This document shows positions 32,883-44,518 of a DNA stretch of 64,000 nt, piece after piece; positions within the stretch are counted from its first letter, which is position 1, and each line of letters opens with the position of its first letter. The notes beneath the pieces are model-generated. The model saw nothing but the letters and a program-made list of their open reading frames with translations. It made no database searches and was not told the DNA's origin. The stretch lies in assembly GCA_965240325.2 (NCBI GenBank), contig OZ251223.1, positions 186,001 to 250,000 of the forward strand, in the 5' to 3' direction. The translations under genes were made by a program, and so were the position numbers. The stretch comes from Rebecca billardiae RCC1528. Lineage: Eukaryota > Protista > Haptophyta.

Positions 32883-35800
32883 TCACGACGAGTCATCGAG
32901 CATCCTCTCGAGCTCGGCCAGCCGCGCGCTCAGCTGCGCGATCACCTCCTCCTTGTGCGCCACCGTGCCAACCACGCTGGAGGGCCAGCATGTCAGCATG
33001 GACCGGGGCGGAAGGGCGGCGCGCGGCGCGCGCACGAGGCGGGGCGGGCACCACGCTCAGCGCGTGGGGTGTGTGTGCGGGGTCGCGCGCCTCGGCGCGG
33101 CGGCGCGGGTGCCGCCACGCAGTGCGCGCGGCGCGAGCGCGCACCGCTGCTCGATGCGCGCCAGCTCGCCGTCGTGCTGCATGCGGAGCTCGGCGAGCTC
33201 GGCGGCGTGCGCGCCGTCGGCCTCGCGGTGCGCGGCGCGCAGCTCAGCGAGCTGCTGCGTGAGCAGCCCCTTCTCCGCCGCGGCCGCGGCCGCCTGCGTC
33301 TCGGCGAGCGCGCGCGCCGCCTCCGCCTCGCGCCGCGCCGTGTCCGCCGCCTGCTGCACGGCCGAGAGCCCTGCGGCGTGGACGCGCGCCTGCGCGTGCG
33401 CGCGCGCGGTTGCGGCGCGGCGCGAGGGCGGGCGGGGTGTGCGCGCGTAAGCCCGCGCGCACACGCCCCGCGCAGCACGCACGCGCGCGCGCTCGCGCGC
33501 GCAGCACGCACCCCCTCCTCCGCCGTGGCGCGCGCGCGCTGCCGCTCCGCCTCCGCCTCGTGCAATCCCGCCTCCAAGCGCTCGAGCTGTGCGCGCGCGC
33601 CGTCGAGCGCGCGCTCCGCCCTCTCGGCGCGCGCGCGCGCGTCCGCGGCGTCGGCGCGCGCGGCGTGCGCCTCGCGCCTCGCGCCCGCCGCCGCCGCGTC
33701 GCCGCGCCGCGCCGCCTCCGCCTCCGCGTCGCGCTTCGCCAGCGCCATCTCCTGTGAGAGGCGCGACACCACTCGCTGCACCTCCGCGTCACGCTTGGCG
33801 TCTGCCGCCTTGGCCAGCTCATCGCGCTGCGCGGAGAGCTCGGCGGCGAGGGAGGCGCGCTGCGCCTCGAGCCACGAGGCCTTCTCGCGCTCGAGCGCCT
33901 CGCGCGCAGCCCGCCGCTCCGCCTCCGCCGTCTCCTGGAGCCCGCTGCGGCTCGCGCTCGCCGCGGCGCGCGCGTCGGCGAGCTGAGTGTCACACGCCGC
34001 GCGCAGCTCGCGTAGCTCGGCGTCGTGACGCGCCGCCTCGCGCCGGCGCGCGGCCTCGGCCATCTCGCGCACCTCGTCGAGCTCGGCGAGCGCCGCCTTG
34101 CGCGCCGCGCGCGACGCCGCGTCCGCCTCCGCGCGCGCGCGCTCGAGCGCCTCCGCCACCGCCGCGCGCTCGCGCCCCGCCTGCTGCTCCGAAGCCGCGC
34201 CGTGCCGCGCGCGCTCCGCCTTGAGCTCGGCCGCGCACGCGCCACGCTCCTCCGCGACGCGCTGCGCGAGGTCGGCGGCGTGCTTCTCGTGCAGCGCGCG
34301 CGTCTCGTCGCGGTGCTTCTCGATCAGCCGCTGGATGTCCGGCTCCAGCCCGCGGATCGTCAGCTCCTTGATCTCCTTCGACTTGGCCGCCATCCATGCG
34401 TCACGCTTGACCTTCTCAGCCGCGCCGAGCGCGTCCGCGCGCCGTCGCACCTCGCGCGCGCACGCCTCGTCCTTCGCCTTGAGCGCCTTCTCGAACTTGG
34501 CCTCGAGCGCGGCGGCGTGCTGCTGCAGCGCCTCGGTCTGCTTCGCCAGCTCCGCCTTGTCCGCGAGCAGCCGGTCGATGAAGCCCAGGTGGCGCGAGAT
34601 CGCGCTCTCATGCTCTGCGCGCGCCGCCTCGGCCGCCGCGGCCGCGTCCGCCTCGCGCGCCGCGCGCCGCGCGCGCTCGTCCGCGAGCTCGGCCTCGAGC
34701 GCGGAGACGCGCGCGGCGGCGTCGGCGAGCTGCGCCTTGAGCGCGCCCATCTTCGCCTTCACGCCCGAGTACAGCGCGCTCGCCGCGCTCGCCGCCGAGG
34801 GCGGAGCCGCGTCGGAGAGCGCGGGCGTGGCCGGAGGCGGTGCGCGGTGTGCGGTCGCGCTCGCCTCCGCGGCGGCGAGCGCGCTCGCGCTGCTCGGCGC
34901 GGGCGAGCCGGCGCACGCGGGCAGCGCGAAGCCGGCGGCCTGCGTCTTCGCCGAGCGCTCCGCCTCGTCGAGGAACGAGAGGATGCTCGCCATCTTCTCG
35001 TCGGACGCGCGCGCCACGCCACTCGCCTGCGCGCGCGCAGACGATGCGCCACCCAGCGCCGCCCGCCCGCCGCCACCCGCCGCTGCCGACTTGCGCTCGC
35101 TCGAGGCGCGTGCGCCGCCGAGCAAGCCGCTCGCGCGCGCCGAGGCGCTGGACGCGCCACCCGCTTCCGCCACGTCCGCCACGGACCCCGCCGTCGACGG
35201 CGAGCTGCTGCCGCTGCGGCTGCCGCCGCCTCCGCCTCGGCTGCTCGGGCGCTGCTGCAGCTGGTACGGAGGCGGCGAGCTGCTCAGCGAGCCCGAGGGC
35301 GGCTCACCGGTGAGGCTGAGAGACGCGGCGCGGGCGGAGCGCTCGGCGTGCGGCTGAGCAGAGCCCTCGCCCGGATGCGCCCACGCCGTCGAGCCCCGCG
35401 CCGACGAGCCGGGCGACGGCGTGCCGAAGCCCGCGCCATCGCGTACGCCGTCGGCCGCGCTGCCGAGCTGGTACGCGCGCCGCCGGCGCTCTGCGGACAG
35501 CGTCATGCGCTCGCGCTTCGAGGTGGCCGATGGAAGCACGTGCGAGCTCGAGTCGAGCGACTGCACCTCCTTCTCCAGCGACATCTCGAGCGACTGCTCC
35601 ACGGGCTTGCCGACCGGCCGGCGGCGCGTGAGGCGGCTGTGCACTTCGAACGGCGGCGACGCAAACTCGGCGACGCGCCCGAGCTCGGGCCCTGCGCGCG
35701 GCGAGGCGGCGGAGGGGAAAGAGGCGGTGGGGCTGGGCGGTCGCTGCGGCTTCGCCGAGCCCGAGCTGATCGCCTTCTCCGCGCCCGCCGGCGGCGACGC

Positions 35801-35983
35801 GTGCGCCGCCGCGCCGCGCGGCTGATTGCGCCGCGCCGCGGGCGACGAGGCCTTGTGCGGCGACGCGGCGCTTCCGGCGCGTCGGCTCGGGCGCAGCTCG
35901 GCGGAGTCGCGTACGAGCGGCCACGACACGGCCTGCTCCGCGTTGGCCGTCGCCACCGGAGCCGGGCCCTTCGGGGGCAGCAT
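32883..35983 (-). CDS. CEP131: Centrosomal/centriolar-satellite protein CEP131 (AZI1); introns 33390-33511 and 32977-33144
   Basis: SILSFLDE, AISRHLGFIDRLLADKAEL, KSKEIKELTIRGLEPDIQRLIEKH, long coiled coil, C-terminal HKEEVIAQL. Confidence 0.85.
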
Positions 35984-36279
35984 CGGCACCGCGCGGCCAG
36001 CAAGCCTGGCGTCGTTCAAGCAGCGGCTTGAGCTCCCGTTCGCGCGCGGAGCAGCGGCTGGCCAGTGCCGCCGGGCCAAGGTGAGCACCCGGACTTCCGA
36101 GGTTCCGGAACATTTTATTTCGTCCGCGGAAAAAAAATGACGACGATGATGATGAAACCCGAAACGGTCGCGGCGCGGAGGCGTTGGCAGCGCCGCCAGC
36201 CGGCTCGGCGTCGTCCTGACCCCCGCGCCGCGCAGAGCTGACGACCTTGCCAGCTCGCCAACGCCCGAGCACCGCGACG

Positions 36280-36891
36280 ATGCCGCCGAGGCGACGCCAG
36301 ACGTCGGCGACGGGGGGCGGGCAGGCTGCGGCCGGTGGCGGCGCGGCGGTGGGCCGCCGCCGCGTCGTCGCGGTCGTCGGCGCGCCCGCCTCGGGCAAGA
36401 AGAAGATGACGCTTAGCGAGCGTTTCTCCTCGCTCTCACGGGGCGGCGCCGCCGCTGCGGGCGCGGGCACGGGCCGCCGGAGGCAAGTGGCCGCGACGAC
36501 GCAGCAGGCGAACCGCTTCGGCAAGCAGATGGCTGCTCGCACCGGCCAGGCCGCCGACGGCTTCGCCAAGCAGGCCGCCGCCTCGAAGAAGAAGAAGGGC
36601 CCCAAGCCGACGAGCGCGACCGCGCCATCCGGCGGGGACGCGGCCGGCCGCGGCCGCGGCCGCGGCCGCGTGAAGGGGCGGGGCCGCGGCCAGGGCGCGG
36701 CGAAGGAAGAGGAGGGCCCCGCGCCGGACAAGAACGCACTCGACACAGACATGGACTCGTACTGGCAGGCGGTCAAGCCCGGCGAGGCGCCGGCGGGCGG
36801 CGACGCCGTCGCGGCCGTCGATGCGGCCGCAGTCGACGCCGCGGTGCTGGAGGGCGTGCCCGATGGCGACACGGCGATGGAGGGCGCGTGA
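36280..36891 (+). CDS. CHTOP/FoP-like mRNA-export adaptor (RG-rich, UAP56-binding motif)
   Basis: MTLSERFS motif, GRGRGR tract, C-terminal ALDTDMDSYW. Confidence 0.7.
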   Translation: MPPRRRQTSATGGGQAAAGGGAAVGRRRVVAVVGAPASGKKKMTLSERFSSLSRGGAAAAGAGTGRRRQVAATTQQANRFGKQMAARTGQAADGFAKQAAASKKKKGPKPTSATAPSGGDAAGRGRGRGRVKGRGRGQGAAKEEEGPAPDKNALDTDMDSYWQAVKPGEAPAGGDAVAAVDAAAVDAAVLEGVPDGDTAMEGA

Positions 36892-37675
36892 ACGTGCGCG
36901 CGCGAGCGCGTGCGCGCGCGTGCGCGCGTGGGGCCTGCCTCCGCGCCGCCGCTCACGCGCCCGACACGCCCTCCTCCCGCAGGCCTCCACCCCTGATGCG
37001 TCGACCCATGCGGCCATGCCGGGCGCGCGCGCGACGGCCGCTGCGCCCCGGGCACCGCCCTCCATCCACGGGCGGCTGAGGGGCACCGCCGCGTTCTGCC
37101 GCACGGAGTCAGGTGCCCGCGTGGAGAGCGGCGGCGGCCGTTCCCGGTGCCTGACTGTGTTCACGCGGCAGTGACCCGTGGCCGTAAGTCCAGCTTATCC
37201 GTCAGCGCCTCGGGCTCGTGGCCCTGGCCCTGGGGCGCCTGGGCGCGACATGCTGCACCTGTTGCCTTTGCGGGCGGTCCCGCGGCGCGGGCGATCCTGA
37301 AGGTGCAGTCCCATGGCTCACCACTGACATGAGTGACATCGTCGCAGACTGGAGTACTCAGCTACTGTATCACGATGCCTTCAAAGCTGAAAGCAGCCAT
37401 CACGGCCAGCGGACGAGGCTTCATCGACTGTCTGAGACTGCCTACGTACTCCGCGGACTACTCCCCCATACGTAAGCATCTGACATACCGTCACTGTATG
37501 ACTTCCGAGCGGAAGACCAAGGGCGGTGGAAGACCGTTGCGTACTTGCGTCACTGGTCACTCCGCCTCGCGACGACGGAACGCGAGCGCGCCGAGCAGCG
37601 GGCGGCGGCGGAAGCCCTCGTCGGTGAGCTTGCACGCGGGCGGCCGAGCTCGCGCTCGACTCGCCCCCGCGCGGC

Positions 37676-39987
37676 ATGGCGTCGCAGTCGGCGCGTTACG
37701 CGCACATCTTCGAGCGGCTGCTCCCGTTCCAGCGCGAGGGCGTCGAGTGGGCCGCGGCGCGCCGCGGCCGCGCCCTGATCGGCGACGAGATGGGCCTGGG
37801 CAAGACGGTGCAGGCGATCGCGCTGCTCGCGCTGTACGAGCAGGAATGGCCCGCGCTCGTGGTGTGCCCGTCGTCGGTGAAGGGCTCGTGGGTGGACGAG
37901 CTGGAGAAGTGGCTGCCCACGCTCCCCGCCTCGCGCATCCGCGTCGTCCGCGGGTACGCGGACGTCGACGCTGTGCGCGACCAGAACGCGGCGGTCGTCG
38001 TGTGCTCGTACGGCGTGCTGGTGGAGCGGAGCGCGGCCGCGGCGGCGATCGCGGAGCGCGGGTTCCAGGTGGTCGTGGTGGACGAGTCGCACTACCTCAA
38101 GGACCGCAAGTCGCAGCGCACCAAGCTGCTCGCGCCCTCGATGCGCGGCGCGGCGCGGCTGATCCTGCTGTCGGGCACGCCCGCGCTCGCGCGCCCGGTC
38201 GAGCTGTGGCCGCAGCTCGAGCCGCTGGCGCCGTCGCTCGTCGGGAGCTACAGCAAGTTCACCGCGCGGTACTGCGACGCGCACCGCGGCCGCTTCGGCT
38301 GGGAGGTCAGCGGCGCGGCGCACCTCGACGAGCTGCACGAGCGCGTGCTCGCGCCGCTGATGGTCCGGCGCCGCAAGGTGGACGTGCTGCCGCAGCTGCC
38401 GCGCAAGCGGCGGCAGCGGGTGCCGCTCGAGCTCGAGGCGTCGGCGCAGGCGGCGAGGGAGCTGCGCGAGCTGGCGGGCGCGAGGCACGCCGCGGGGCTC
38501 AACGCGGCGATGCTCTCGGGGCGTGACGCGTGGTCCTCCCATTTCGAGCACCGCTCCCTCGTGCAGCGATCGTATCAGGCGACCGGTGCGCGCAAAGCGC
38601 GGCGCAGACCGCGCGGCGGCGGCGCGTGCGCCGGCGCGCGGTGCGCCCTGGGCCGCGCCGAGGGCTCAGCCCGCGCCCTCGGACCGCCCCCTCTCCCGCA
38701 GGCGTGGCCAAGATCGGTCCGGCTGCCGAGTACGTGAAGACGATGCTGGGCGGCATGGAGTCCTCTGAGAAGGTTCTCATCTTCGCGCACCACAAGCAGG
38801 TGCTCGACGCGCTCGAGTCGGAGGTGCACCGCGCGAAGCGGAAGGGCATCCGGATCGACGGCTCCACGCCGCCCGCCGAGCGCCACCGACTGGTCACCGC
38901 CTTTCAGCAGGAGGCGGCGCTGAGCGTCGCGCTCCTGTCGATGACGGCGGCGGGGCAGGGCATCACCCTCACCGCCGCCTCCACCGTCGTCTTCGCCGAG
39001 CTGCACTGGACGCCGGGCGTGCTGGCGCAGGCGGAGGACCGGGCGCACCGGATCGGCCAGCTGAGCGCGGTCAACGTCATCTACCTGATGCTCACCGGCC
39101 CGGACTCTTTTGACGAAGTCCTGTGGGCCAAGATCGGGCGGAAGGTGGACGTCGTGGGCCGCGCGCTTGACGGCAGCCGGCGGCAGCAGATGTGCGCGGA
39201 CGTGGTGACGGGCGCGCCCGCGGAGGCGGCCGAGGCGGCGTGCTCCGCCGACGACGACGCCGGCGCCGGGGGCGGGCACCGCGCGCCGGCGGGCGCCCCG
39301 GACGACGAGGACGACGACGGCCTCAGCGCTTTCTTCCGAGACGCCGCGACGGCCGCGCGCAGCCGCGCGCAGGGCCGCGCGGCGGTCGCGCCCGTCGTCG
39401 GCGACATTCGCTCCTTCTTCGGCGGCGGCGGGCGCGGTGGGCGCGGGAGTGCCGGCGGCGCGCGCGGCGCCGGCGGCGGCCGAGCGCCCACGCCCGCCGA
39501 GCGGACCGAGCCGACGGCGCGAGCCCCGGCGCGCGCGCTCGGCGCCGCCGACGAGGGCGGCGCCACGTGCGCCGCAGGCGCACGGCCGGTGGTGGACTTG
39601 ACTGCTGGCTCAGCGCGCGCCCAGCACCGCCCGCAGCCGGCGTCGGCGCAGCCGGGCACGGGCGCGAGCCCATCGCGCGCGGAGGCGCCGTCCAGCCGCA
39701 CGGGCGCAGCGGCAGCCGCGGCAGCAGCAGCTCGCGACGGCGGCGACGCCCCGTCGACGCCCGCGGCGGCGGCGGTGGCGTCCGAAGCTGATCCCTCGCG
39801 CGCAGCTGTGTGGGCGTGTGCGCGCTGCACGCTCGTGAACGCACCGGCGGCGCGCAGGTGCGAGGCATGCGCCTCGCCGCGCGGCCCGCCGCGCGGCGAG
39901 GCGCAGCCGGCCATCAAGCCGTCGGCCGTCCCCGCCGCCACGGCCGCGGCTACCGAGCGGGCCGGCAGAGCGGGCGTCGACGGTGGT

Positions 39988-40058
<71 letters not shown>

Positions 40059-41337
40059 CGCTGATGACGACGCGCCCTTCGCCTTCACGATCTCCGGCAA
40101 CAGTGGCCGCTTCTCGCTCCTCGGCGCGGACGGGCTGCCGCTCGGCTCCCTCGCCCCCGCGCTCGTGTGCGCCGCGGCGGGTGTCGCGGGCGCGGCGGGG
40201 GCCAGCTGGCAGCCGGCGGGTGCAGCGGCCGAGCGCGGCCGTGGCGGCAGCGCGCGCGAGGCCGCTCTGCTCGCGCTGCGCTCCGAGCTGCAAGCGGCGC
40301 TGGGCTGCGCGCACGCGCGCGCCGCGCGCGCTGCGCGCGAGCTGTGCGCGCTGTGCGCCGACTGGCACCGCACGCCCGCCGCCCTCCGCCGACCGCTGCA
40401 CGACACGCCTGTCGCCGCGCCGCTGTCTGTCGCGCTCGCGCGCCACGGCGCGGCGGCGCGCGCGCGCCACGCCGGCCAGAGCGAATCGCCGCGGTTCGAG
40501 CGCTACGCACCGAGCGGCGGCGTCGAGGCCGACGGCCCGGCTGTCGCGGACGATGCTGCCGGCGCGCCCTGCGTGTGCGACTGGTGCGGCAAGCCCGCGC
40601 CGGGCGCGCGCGCAGACGGCACCGAGCAGGCGGGCGCGCGCGGCGGCGTGAGGGGCGGCGCGCCGCCGGCCGCTGCTGCTGGCGGCGCCGCCGTGGCGGG
40701 CGCGGGGTGGCGGTGGTGCTCGTTCGAGTGCCGGCAGCAGCTGCTCCTGCGCAGCTCGTCCGAGATCCGCCGCCAGATCTTCGCGCTCGAGGCCGGCGTC
40801 TGCGCGCTGTGCGGGCTCGATGCACACGCACTGTACACGCGCGTGCGGGCGCTCGAGCCGCCCGAGCGCATGCAGGCGCTGATGGGCGAGGGGTTCCCGT
40901 GGACGAAGCGCGTGCTGCGCGCGCCGACGGCGGGCGACTTCTGGCAGGCGGACCACACGCTGCCCGTCGCCGAGGGCGGCGGCTGCTGCGGCATCGCCAA
41001 CTTCCGCACGCTGTGCACGCCGTGTCACCGGCGCGAGACGGAGGCGCTGCGCAAGCGGCTGGCCGGCCGCAAGCGCGAGGAGGCCGCGGGGCCGTCGGCG
41101 GACATTCGCTCGCTCTTCGGCGCGGCGCATGGGTCGCGCGCCAAGCGGGGCCGGCACGGCGCGCGCAGCGACGATGACGGCAGCCCGAGCACAGCCGTGA
41201 CGCGCGACTCGCACGGCGGCGCGGGCAGCGACGCGGATGACGGCCCGCGGACGGCGCAGAGCGTGCCCTGCGCGGAGGATCGGTGCCCCGCGGCCACGAC
41301 GCCGCGGGCAGTGGTCATTGACCTCTCTCAGGATTGA
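37676..41337 (+). CDS. ZRANB3: ZRANB3-like SNF2 annealing helicase/endonuclease; exons 37676-38585 and 38702-41337
   Basis: LLPFQREGV, DEMGLGKT, DESHY, LSGTPA, QAEDRAHRIGQ, DIRSFF PIP-like motif, RanBP2 finger WACARCTLVN...CEAC, HNH WQADHTLPVAEGGG...NFRTLCTPCH. Confidence 0.92.
39989..40056 (+). repeat. (GCCGAC)n hexamer repeat encoding an Ala-Asp tract in ZRANB3
   Basis: About 11 perfect units. Confidence 0.9.
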
Positions 41338-41539
41338 GCGTGCGTCCGTGAGGGTGCGGGAGATGCTCACGCGACGCCCTCACGGACGCGACCGCCATCG
41401 TGGCTCACTTTTGAATATTGACCAAAAGAACCCGGACCCGCGCACGCACGGCGGTCGTCGGCGAGTGCTCATCAATCACAAATCAGCGCGGGCCTGCGCG
41501 GGCGCTCGCCAGCAGCAAGGCCTTCTCCGAGCCGGCATC

Positions 41540-43525
41540 ATGTTAGCGCTGACCGCGCCCTGGCGGACGAAGGACCCGGAGAAGAATCGCGACGAGGAGC
41601 TCGCGCACGCGCGCAACATCGCTAAGGAGGAGGAGGAGCTCGAGAAGGCGGAGTACGCCAAGCGGCATCGCTTCTACGCGAAGCCGACTCGCCTGCTCGA
41701 GTGGGGGCAGAAGCAGCAGCCGCGCGAGTCGCAGTCGCACGACCTGCTGATCGATCTGATCCAGGTGGCGGCGTGCTTCCAGATCGGCCACTTCGTCAGC
41801 CACAACATCGGGCAGCCGATCGCCCTCCTCGGCCTCTGCGCCTTCGGCCTCACGACCGTCAACCTCTGGTCGGACCTGCTCGCTTACCGCAGCCGCTTCG
41901 AGTCGGCCAGCCTGTACCACTCGGTGCTCGACGGCTTGCAGGCGCTGTTCTACGCGGCGGCCGCGCACAACCTCACCGCGGACGTCGACCTCTTCGAGAT
42001 GCGCCACCGGAAGCCCTTCGTCTTCTACGTGCTCGCGACGCGCGCCGTGATGCTGCTGCGGCTCGCCGAGCTCGGCGCGTTCGGCGAGGACGAGGAGAAG
42101 GGCAACTCGAAGGCGACGGCGCGGGACATGCTCAAGCGCACGTTCTCCGAGATGTGCGTCGCCTCCGTCGGCCTGCTCGTCACCTCGGCCGCCGGGCTCT
42201 GCTACCTGCTCCTCGGCTCGGCGTTTGTGCAGCTCGCGTGGACGATCGTGCCTTCTCTGATGAACGCCGCGCCGCCGCGCGAGATGCGCGTGCCCGTGCA
42301 CCTCGAGTACATGTTCAGGCGGATGGGCGAGCTGGTGATGCTCGCGCTCGGCGAGACGGTGCTCGGCCTCGTCCTCGCGCTCTCGCAGTCCGACGCGAAC
42401 CTCCTCGCCGAGCACAGCGCCGAGGCGCACGAGCCGGTCGACCCCGGGCCGGGCGGAGAATACCTCGATGAGCATGGGGTGGGCGCGGGCGCTCCCGAGG
42501 CCGTCACCGCGCCGCACGATGGCGGCGGCGGGCACCGCGCGCACCACCGGCTGCTCGGCGGCGGCGGCGCGGCGCACGGCGACACGTGCTACGAGGTGTG
42601 CAGCCTGACCGACCACATCACCAAGATCATCGAGCCAGTCGTATGGGACCCGACGACGCCGTGCGAGCCGTGCGCGGTCGCGCCTCGGCGCGACCTCGCC
42701 TTCCTCGGCGCGTTCATTCTGATCTCGACGATGGTGTACATCCACAGCCACTCGAACCCGCTGCGCCGGCACCACCACGCGACGCGGCGCAACCTCGCGC
42801 GCGGGCTGATCTGGAGCTACTCGCACTGGTTCCTCGTCATCGGCATCATCGGCCTCGCCGCGGCGATCAAGGAGCTGTTCATCCTCTCAGCACTCACGGT
42901 GCCGCCCTCGACGGTCGCGCTCGTGGGCGACACGCTCGGCACGTGCCTCCTCGTGATCAACGTGCAGCAGCTGCTCCACCCGGGGTACGTGGCGTACGCG
43001 TGCGCGCCGACGGGGCGCATCCGCCGCCTCGCGCTCTACTCGCTGCGCCTCGCCCTCGCGTGCATGCTTTTCCTGGTAGGCCACCTGGTCAGCTTCAGCG
43101 CGCCCGGCTACCAGCTGCTGCTCGGGGCGGGCTTCCTCACGCTGCTGAGCGCCGTCTCGCTCGCCGCGGAGAAGTCGGACGGCGAGGCGTACCACGCGAT
43201 GTGGGTGTATGCCGACAGGCTGCTCACCGGCCAGATCACCGAGGCGGAGGCGTGGGCGAGCTGGCGGACTGTCGGCGCGACGGCCGATGCCAGCGACGCC
43301 GCCGCGGCTAAGGGGAAGCGGAAGGGCTCGTTGGCGGCCGAGCAGCCAAAGGGCACCGCCGTGTTCGCGCGCACGCACGGAGGGCAGCAGGAGCCGGCCG
43401 AGCCCGCGGGCGCGGGCTGCCTGCCGTGCGTGCCTGCCGGCAAGCGAAAGCGCGAGGCCGACCAGTTCGGCTCGGAGCGGTGGGGGAGCCTGAAGCAGGA
43501 CCAGGAGTGGCAGCGGCTCGGCTGA
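41540..43525 (+). CDS. LtrA (low temperature requirement A)-like multi-pass membrane protein
   Basis: E...DLLIDLIQVA, W....YRSRF, HLEYMFRRMGELVMLALGETV, WSYSHWFL; many TM helices; no intron evident. Confidence 0.65.
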   Translation: MLALTAPWRTKDPEKNRDEELAHARNIAKEEEELEKAEYAKRHRFYAKPTRLLEWGQKQQPRESQSHDLLIDLIQVAACFQIGHFVSHNIGQPIALLGLCAFGLTTVNLWSDLLAYRSRFESASLYHSVLDGLQALFYAAAAHNLTADVDLFEMRHRKPFVFYVLATRAVMLLRLAELGAFGEDEEKGNSKATARDMLKRTFSEMCVASVGLLVTSAAGLCYLLLGSAFVQLAWTIVPSLMNAAPPREMRVPVHLEYMFRRMGELVMLALGETVLGLVLALSQSDANLLAEHSAEAHEPVDPGPGGEYLDEHGVGAGAPEAVTAPHDGGGGHRAHHRLLGGGGAAHGDTCYEVCSLTDHITKIIEPVVWDPTTPCEPCAVAPRRDLAFLGAFILISTMVYIHSHSNPLRRHHHATRRNLARGLIWSYSHWFLVIGIIGLAAAIKELFILSALTVPPSTVALVGDTLGTCLLVINVQQLLHPGYVAYACAPTGRIRRLALYSLRLALACMLFLVGHLVSFSAPGYQLLLGAGFLTLLSAVSLAAEKSDGEAYHAMWVYADRLLTGQITEAEAWASWRTVGATADASDAAAAKGKRKGSLAAEQPKGTAVFARTHGGQQEPAEPAGAGCLPCVPAGKRKREADQFGSERWGSLKQDQEWQRLG

Positions 43526-43561
43526 GCCGCTCAGGAGTGGCAGCGGCTCGGCTGAGCCGCT
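43502..43561 (+). repeat. Perfect 30-bp tandem duplication spanning the LtrA-like stop codon
   Basis: caggagtggcagcggctcggctgagccgct x2. Confidence 0.95.
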
Positions 43562-44518
43562 GCACATGCACACGGGTCGTCGCGATATGTGATGTCGCGC
43601 GGCGGCGGCATTGGCCGGCATGGCGCCCCCCGGCGCGATTGGCACGGCAGCGACGGTGACGTCGATGGCATGGTGCTGACGGTGGCCGACTGATTGGTCC
43701 AAATGCAGGCCCAAGGGTGACACCGGTCGCGTTGGCGCCGCGGCTGTGCGCGCACTGACCCGGCACGCAGAACTCGGCCTGCCGCCGGTTCGGAATCGGC
43801 CCCGCGTCAGCGTGGCGGCGTGCGGTGTCTTGGGCAGCTCCGAAGGCAAAACGATTACCGAACGCGCACTCGTGCTGCGTCACTGACGTCAGCGGCTGTC
43901 AAAGCGCGCAGCGACCCGGACTCTCACTCCGGAGCCGCCTCTAATATAGTCTGCTATTACTTTTTAAAAATAATTGATAAGTCTTAAACAGAGTAATTAA
44001 TTCCGCTGTATAAGCCGTGAGACCGTTGGCGTTAACTAGTACTAGTAGTAACTACCGTGGCAGCGTTCACGAACGCGGAACGACCGAATGTTCATCAGTA
44101 AAGACTATACATTGCGATCGGCACTGCACCTGACGAACGTGCGCGCCACCCGCGCAGACACGGGAGACGCTCGCGAAACGCGCTCACGGTGCCGCGCGCA
44201 CCGACCCCAGACGACCCCAGACGCCGTCTGGCATCGATCCCAGACGCAGTGCGACCTGGGATGCCAGACGGCGGCCGATTTCGGTGGAGTGGCCTCAGAC
44301 GTCAGACGTGACCCCAGACGCTGCACGGCATCGGCAGACGAGTGCGGACCTGGGATGCCAGACCGCAGACGGCGGCCGATTTCGTCGGTGGAGTGGGCGA
44401 GTGGCCACTGAACGTGCATCGATCCCAACATTTCCCACCACCCCGGCCGAGCGGGCGGCGGCCACCCCGGCCGAGCCGGGCGGCGGTCTCACCTGGAGCC
44501 AAGCGCGTCGACCGGAGG

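Noticed and set aside
37170-37561. Weak inverted similarity (gtgacccgtggccgtaagt vs acttgcgtcactggtcac) around a short lower-GC stretch
   Set aside because: Too degenerate and no TSD, so a mobile element cannot be supported
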